Positions 58,609 through 64,000 of a DNA stretch of 64,000 bases are shown in pieces (position 1 is the first letter of the stretch; every line of letters begins with the position of its first letter). The notes under the pieces are model-generated. The model was not told where the DNA came from and made no database searches. It saw nothing but the letters and a program-made list of their open reading frames with translations. The translations under genes were made by a program, and so were the position numbers. Origin of the DNA: Leptospiraceae bacterium (GTDB lineage Bacteria; Spirochaetota; Leptospiria; Leptospirales; Leptonemataceae); assembly GCA_040217195.1 (NCBI GenBank), contig JAVJNR010000007.1, positions 72,424 to 136,423 on the forward strand. The letters are read 5' to 3'.

Positions 58609-60507
58609 TCAGTTTTCCAGTTTGGCCAATTCTTCAGCCGCCTGTATCCAAACCTGCTCGGCAGAAATAAGCTCTTTTTGCACATCCTGCAGCTTTTCAC
58701 TGTCCTCTTTGGTGTACTGGCTGGCCAGGTTTGATTCCAGAGATTCCTTCTTCCTGTTCAAAGCCTCCAGAGCCTGCTCTGCATCCCTGACAACAATTCT
58801 CTGCTTTCGCACTGCCTTCTTTAGATCTGCGCTACTAAGTTCTGCTGTGGCAACAGCTTCCGGTTTTTTTTGGGGACTTTCCGAGCTTTCCGAGCCGTCC
58901 GGGCGGCCCTTGTCCGAATGATCCTGAGAAAGAGAACGTTGCAGTTTTCCGCCGGAAACAGAAGCTGCCTTTGCACCACCGGAGCTTTTGCCGCCTTTGT
59001 CCTTAGAGTTTTGTCCGCCCTCATGGAAACTGGCTTCCAGAGCATAGACGTAGTCATCGTAGGTACCTGGATAGTTTCGCACTTCTCCGGATTGCACTTC
59101 AAGAATGGAAGTAGCCAGAGTTTTCACAAAGGTTCTGTCGTGACTGACGAAAAATACCGTTCCCTGATATCTGGCCAGTCCATCGCCCAGGGCTTCCACT
59201 GTTTCAAAATCCAGGTGGTTGGTGGGTTCATCAAGCATCAAAACATCGTAGCGTCCCAGCAATAGACCAGCAATAATCAGTCGCGATCTTTCGCCTCCGC
59301 TGAGTACCTTTACTTTCTTCTTGAGCTCTTCATCTCGAAATAGAAAGCTACCAGCCATTGCCAGCAGTTCCTGTTTAGCGGTGTTGGGCGGCGCAAATCT
59401 GGTCAGTGCTTCCATGACCGTTTCATTATCGCGCAAAGTCTCGTTTACATGCTGAGCATAATAACCAATTTTTTTTTCCGGGGTCCATCGATAGGAGCCA
59501 CTTATTACAGGTAGCTCACCGGCAAGAGTCTTTAGAAATGTTGTCTTTCCCTGGCCGTTTTCGCCTACGATAGCAAATTTTTCTCCTGCAGGGATTTTCA
59601 TTTCAACATTTTCCAGAATGGAGATATCGCCATAGCCACAGTTCAAATTCTCTGTTGTTAAGATGAGGCCCCGGGAAATGGCAACATCCGGAACTTTCAT
59701 TCGCACATTGCTGATTTTATTCTTAATTTCAATCGGCTTGAGCTTTTCCAGTTGTTTGACCCGGCTCTGAGCCTGGGTTGCCTTGGAAGCTTTCGCTCCG
59801 AAGCGATCCACAAATGCCTGCAGGTGCTTTCTGCGGGCCTCCACGTTCTTGGCCTCGCGAGCTTTTCGGGCCTTTTCCTCGGCCACAAATTCAAAGTAGT
59901 CTTCCAGTGGGCCGGGGAATAGAAACAATCCGCCGTCCGCTACTTCCAGGGTATTGTCTGTAGTTCTCTTAATAAATTCTCGATCGTGGGAGATGACCAT
60001 ATAGCCGCCACGAAAGGTATTCAGGAATTCTTCCAGAATCAGCTGAGTATTCAAGTCCAGATAGTTGGTGGGCTCATCCAGCATCAAAAAATCCGGCTCC
60101 CGCACAAGCATGCAGGCTAGTTTGATTCTCATTCGATAACCGCCAGAAAATGCCTCAATAGGCTCCTCCATCTGGTCCTCTCTAAATCCGAATCTGGCAA
60201 GTGTCCTGGCGCATTGCCAGTGCTCTGCTTCCGTATGACGGATCATGAAGTCCAGGATGCCTTCATCCAGAGACCAGGGGTCATGCTGTTCTAGATGGGC
60301 AATTACAGCGCCTTTCCGAATGATGATTTCACCTTCATCCGGATGTTCCTCACCCAGAACCATCCGAAAGAATGTGGACTTTCCTGCTCCATTACGTCCG
60401 ATGACTCCTATCTTCTGGTCGTCATTTATTGTAACGGTAGCATCTTCGAACAGGTGTCTGGCGCCAAAGGAGCGGCCAATTTGATGAGCGGATATTATTG
60501 CAGACAT
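58609..60507 (-). CDS. ABC-F family ribosome-associated ATPase (Uup/YheS-like)
   Basis: Two NBDs (GRNGAGKS, FSGG, LDEPTN; GENGQGKT, LSGGE, LDEPTNHLD), no TM, C-terminal coiled coil; ATG 60507 preferred. Confidence 0.92.
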   Translation of the reverse strand: MSAIISAHQIGRSFGARHLFEDATVTINDDQKIGVIGRNGAGKSTFFRMVLGEEHPDEGEIIIRKGAVIAHLEQHDPWSLDEGILDFMIRHTEAEHWQCARTLARFGFREDQMEEPIEAFSGGYRMRIKLACMLVREPDFLMLDEPTNYLDLNTQLILEEFLNTFRGGYMVISHDREFIKRTTDNTLEVADGGLFLFPGPLEDYFEFVAEEKARKAREAKNVEARRKHLQAFVDRFGAKASKATQAQSRVKQLEKLKPIEIKNKISNVRMKVPDVAISRGLILTTENLNCGYGDISILENVEMKIPAGEKFAIVGENGQGKTTFLKTLAGELPVISGSYRWTPEKKIGYYAQHVNETLRDNETVMEALTRFAPPNTAKQELLAMAGSFLFRDEELKKKVKVLSGGERSRLIIAGLLLGRYDVLMLDEPTNHLDFETVEALGDGLARYQGTVFFVSHDRTFVKTLATSILEVQSGEVRNYPGTYDDYVYALEASFHEGGQNSKDKGGKSSGGAKAASVSGGKLQRSLSQDHSDKGRPDGSESSESPQKKPEAVATAELSSADLKKAVRKQRIVVRDAEQALEALNRKKESLESNLASQYTKEDSEKLQDVQKELISAEQVWIQAAEELAKLEN

Positions 60508-60555
60508 AAACAGGTATCTCTTGCAGTGGTGAAAAAAGCGCCGCACAGCGCAAGT

Positions 60556-61716
60556 GTGATTATTAGAACAAATAGGCCCCGCAGCCACTTCTGGAACCTC
60601 TGCTTGCCTATCTTTCTATTCCTCCTTCCCCTTGCAGGCATTTCCGCCGACCAACCATCTCCGGAATTCCTGGCCAGGTCTGAAATATCGGACCTGACAC
60701 CGGAAGAATGGGAACGTGAGCAACATGAAAGTCTGGACAGAGAACTTAAAGAGCTTCGGTCCATTATCGTAGCTTATTCTTTTAAATGTTACGGATCGGC
60801 ATCAAAACTGGTGGGGCCGGATATACTTCGCAGCCAGTGCACCATTCCATCCAGATTTACCGGGGATGGGGACAGTACTCTATGGAATGGGCTACTTTGT
60901 TTTACTGGAAAAAACCCCTGGGCCTGCGATGCAATCCGACAATCCCAGAGCGACGATGGACGAATGTGGCGTTCCTCCCGCCGCATGCAAAGCGAAAACG
61001 ATGGCAATGAATACCCGCAGGCATCCTTCTCCAGAGACATGGCTCGAGGAGTTCTACTCTACATTCTGGCAACAGGCGATACAGAACTGGCCAGCAACTG
61101 GTCCGAGTATATGTCCAGGATTGGCGCTCTCTGTCCAGACCATACAGACTGGAGCTGCGATATTCGCACTCAAAGTTACAGGCATATCAATCACGTAATG
61201 GCCACCGTAGGCCTGAAGGGAATTTCCTTTGCCTATACAGTCTTTCCATGCCTCTGGCCAACCTATCCATTGGGCGCAGCATTTCATGAAACGGTAATGG
61301 AAAGAAGGGTAGAAAAGAATCAGAGCTTTCATCTACATCTGGCAGCCATCGATATACTGATGGATGGTCGGATGAAGAAGCCACTTTTTGACCGGGAGTC
61401 CAGACAGGAGATGGCTAACGTTCTCTTTCAGAGAAAGCCCTATAATCTGTTCTATCAATACCTGGCCCAGGGGCCTACCCTGGAACTGAAGCGTAGAATC
61501 CTGGAATTTGCTCCCAGAAAAAGACCTCCCTATCTGGCCCAATGGGTCTGGGAAAGGGAGATTCCAGACCGGGATTTGCAGAAATTCGCTACTTCATCCA
61601 ACTCTCCTTCAGAAGCGGAGCTGGAGAGTGCATTCAAGGAATTCATTCGTCTGGAAAGCATGGGATGGGATTTTGTGTTCTTAATTGATCTTGTAGTAGA
61701 TAAGAGCCCCAAATAA
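60556..61716 (+). CDS. Hypothetical secreted Cys-containing protein (start uncertain; ORF open from 60295)
   Basis: Signal-like LPIFLFLLPLAGISA; GDGDSTLWNGLLC, DGRMWRS, FSRDM motifs. Confidence 0.6.
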   Translation: MIIRTNRPRSHFWNLCLPIFLFLLPLAGISADQPSPEFLARSEISDLTPEEWEREQHESLDRELKELRSIIVAYSFKCYGSASKLVGPDILRSQCTIPSRFTGDGDSTLWNGLLCFTGKNPWACDAIRQSQSDDGRMWRSSRRMQSENDGNEYPQASFSRDMARGVLLYILATGDTELASNWSEYMSRIGALCPDHTDWSCDIRTQSYRHINHVMATVGLKGISFAYTVFPCLWPTYPLGAAFHETVMERRVEKNQSFHLHLAAIDILMDGRMKKPLFDRESRQEMANVLFQRKPYNLFYQYLAQGPTLELKRRILEFAPRKRPPYLAQWVWEREIPDRDLQKFATSSNSPSEAELESAFKEFIRLESMGWDFVFLIDLVVDKSPK

Positions 61717-61768
61717 TCGCAAAAAAATTGCAACCCGGACAGTGGATTGCGTTCTCAGGAGATATAGA

Positions 61769-62161
61769 ATGGAAGAACAGAGCACACAGGAGTTACTGAG
61801 ACAGCTAATTGAGATTCAAAAAGCCAGACCGGAGAGCAGTGAGGCTGCACAGATCATAATCAGTGTTGTACCTTTGCTGGGAGTCATTCTCGGAGCTACG
61901 TTGCTGTTTTTCTTTTTCTTATGGAATTATAAGCTCAAGAAGGAACTGATTCGAGCGGGTCAGTATCAGTACCAATCGCTTAAGAATGTTCGGCTTTTTT
62001 CGCTTCTGATTGGAATCATTAGCTTTGCCGTTGGCCTGCCCATGACCGTGCTTTTCGGCGCAGTGGAGGGAGTCTCTTACAGCCTGCTGGGAGGGCTGAT
62101 ACCAAGTTTTGTGGGAATAGGTCTGATCGTTTTCTACGTCGCTTCCAGAAAAAGAGACTAA
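61769..62161 (+). CDS. 3-TM membrane protein upstream of ECF sigma factor
   Basis: AGGAGA SD; three hydrophobic segments. Confidence 0.75.
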   Translation: MEEQSTQELLRQLIEIQKARPESSEAAQIIISVVPLLGVILGATLLFFFFLWNYKLKKELIRAGQYQYQSLKNVRLFSLLIGIISFAVGLPMTVLFGAVEGVSYSLLGGLIPSFVGIGLIVFYVASRKRD

Positions 62162-62167
62162 CTGGAA

Positions 62168-62701
62168 GTGAAAGACCAAGAATTCGAGCGATTGGTTCAG
62201 GATTCCACGGACATGATTTATAGCCTGGGTATGCGACTATTTCGCGGTAACCAGGAAGATGCCCAGGATTTTGTGCAGGATGCATTCCTCAGGGCCTACG
62301 ATAAATGGGAGACCTTTGAAGGACGCTCCAAGAGATCCACCTGGCTTTATAGCCTGGCGTTGAACCTGGGATTGAACCGGCTGAGTAAAAAGAAGAGGAT
62401 GCCGGATTTTAGCACGGAGCCGGCCATCCTGGATGAGACAGTGGCCGGTCCGGATACACCGGAGTCCATCGTCACGGAGATGCTGGAGAGAGAGGAAATA
62501 GAAGGTCTGCTACAACAGGCCTTGCAGGATTTGCCGGAGAATTACCGACTGCCTATTTTGTTATTATATTTTGAGAAATTATCATACAAAGAGATGAGCG
62601 AGAAACTAAATACCTCTGAAGGAACTTTGAAGTCCCTGGTCTACAGAGGAAAAATGCAGCTTAGAGATAAGCTCAAGCAATTTGCGGAGAGCTCTAATTA
62701 G
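62168..62701 (+). CDS. ECF RNA polymerase sigma factor
   Basis: DAQDFVQDAFLRAY, TWLY..A.N, LP..YR..I.L.Y...LSY.E, GT.KS..YRG. Confidence 0.93.
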   Translation: MKDQEFERLVQDSTDMIYSLGMRLFRGNQEDAQDFVQDAFLRAYDKWETFEGRSKRSTWLYSLALNLGLNRLSKKKRMPDFSTEPAILDETVAGPDTPESIVTEMLEREEIEGLLQQALQDLPENYRLPILLLYFEKLSYKEMSEKLNTSEGTLKSLVYRGKMQLRDKLKQFAESSN

Positions 62702-62750
62702 CTACCCGGAATTCGAGATGCGAAAAGGCTGCAGAGCCTGGAGAGAGACT

Positions 62751-63209
62751 ATGGAAATCAAACATTACATTCAGGAGATCCGGGAAGGCCATGAAAGTCT
62801 TGGTCCGGATGCTCTGGCTCATGTGGAACAATGCGCTACCTGTAAGACAGAATACGATTTGTTTCACAAAATTGAAAGGTCCGTTGCTGCTCTTCCTCTA
62901 CAAAGCGCTCCGTCTTTTCTTCGAGATATGATTCTACAACGAGTGATCCGCCCTGCCTATCAACTCTGGCATCTGGTTATGGGACTGCTTGCTGCAATCA
63001 TCAGCCCCATGGCAATGGTGTATTTTGACAGGACCTACCAGCTGGAATACCTGGGAGACGATGCATTGATGTATACTTTTATCATGTATGGTGCACTGGT
63101 TCCAGGAGTCATCATCCCTCTTTCTTCTATGCTGATTCGCAGATACAGAAACTCCATTGAAAACTTTTCTGAATCCGTGGATGCCTTTCTGGAAAAGCAT
63201 GCCAGGTAA
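62751..63209 (+). CDS. Zinc-finger (HxxxCxxC) transmembrane anti-sigma factor
   Basis: HVEQCATC plus two TMs, directly after the ECF sigma gene. Confidence 0.8.
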   Translation: MEIKHYIQEIREGHESLGPDALAHVEQCATCKTEYDLFHKIERSVAALPLQSAPSFLRDMILQRVIRPAYQLWHLVMGLLAAIISPMAMVYFDRTYQLEYLGDDALMYTFIMYGALVPGVIIPLSSMLIRRYRNSIENFSESVDAFLEKHAR

Positions 63210-63542
63210 TCCCGGCGAGATCCAAAACAAATCGCCAGTAGCCCGTTAACAGCCTCGGACCATACTTGAACTCCGCACCGGCGGAGCATTATGTCGCATC
63301 AATCAGATGCACTCGCCACATCCTTTGCTGCGGGCTCAGTCTTCCTAGATCTTGCGAATCGATCCAGAGCTCGGCCAAACAGAACCGGGGACGGCTGCGC
63401 AAAAAATCTCAAATCCTGGAAAAAATGATTCAGCGTTTCGCCAGTCGGCCGATTCTATTAGTGAGGGAAAAAGGCAAGGATGCCGGACCTCAAAAAAAGC
63501 CAGGATTGGCCCATACACAGTAAAGTTGCACGGAGGCGACGA

Positions 63543-64000
<458 letters not shown>

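Noticed and set aside
60295..60588. Apparent 294-nt head-to-head overlap of ABC-F and the secreted protein
   Set aside because: Disappears with starts at 60507 (-) and about 60556 (+)
63210..63540. Possible ncRNA in the long gap after the anti-sigma gene
   Set aside because: Only short hairpins; no recognisable family motif by eye; would need an Rfam scan

Overview
Gene-dense chromosomal segment of a spirochaete of the family Leptospiraceae. The assignment rests on a LipL21 lipoprotein, a Leptospira-type 7TM/SpoIIE phosphatase and a Sul-like FolP. No transposase, integrase, prophage or CRISPR array is visible. Housekeeping genes are folP, prmC, tpiA, panC, engB, prfA, tRNA-Arg(CCT) and an ABC-F ATPase. 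Envelope genes include lptE, a GldAFG-like ABC operon, an MBOAT acyltransferase and an amidase. Signalling genes include REC-PP2C, REC-GGDEF, Hpt, EAL, a Spy/Cpx-like two-component system and an ECF sigma/anti-sigma pair. The most interesting locus is a co-oriented nitrogen cluster (about 40.1-48.2 kb): P-II, a membrane-anchored unknown, a urea-type Na+/solute symporter, an unannotated 40-aa membrane peptide, a transcarbamylase that has lost the aspartate side-chain motif, an N-carbamoyl-amino-acid hydrolase, a cysteine hydrolase and an AsnB-like amidotransferase. This suggests an uncharacterised ureido/amide metabolite pathway. Also notable: a tRNA gene ending 1 nt before the prfA start codon, a chromosomal FolP with the Sul-type insertion, and several apparent pseudo-enzymes. 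The window ends inside a pure (GCTCT)n microsatellite. All family calls come from motif recognition by eye, without database searches.
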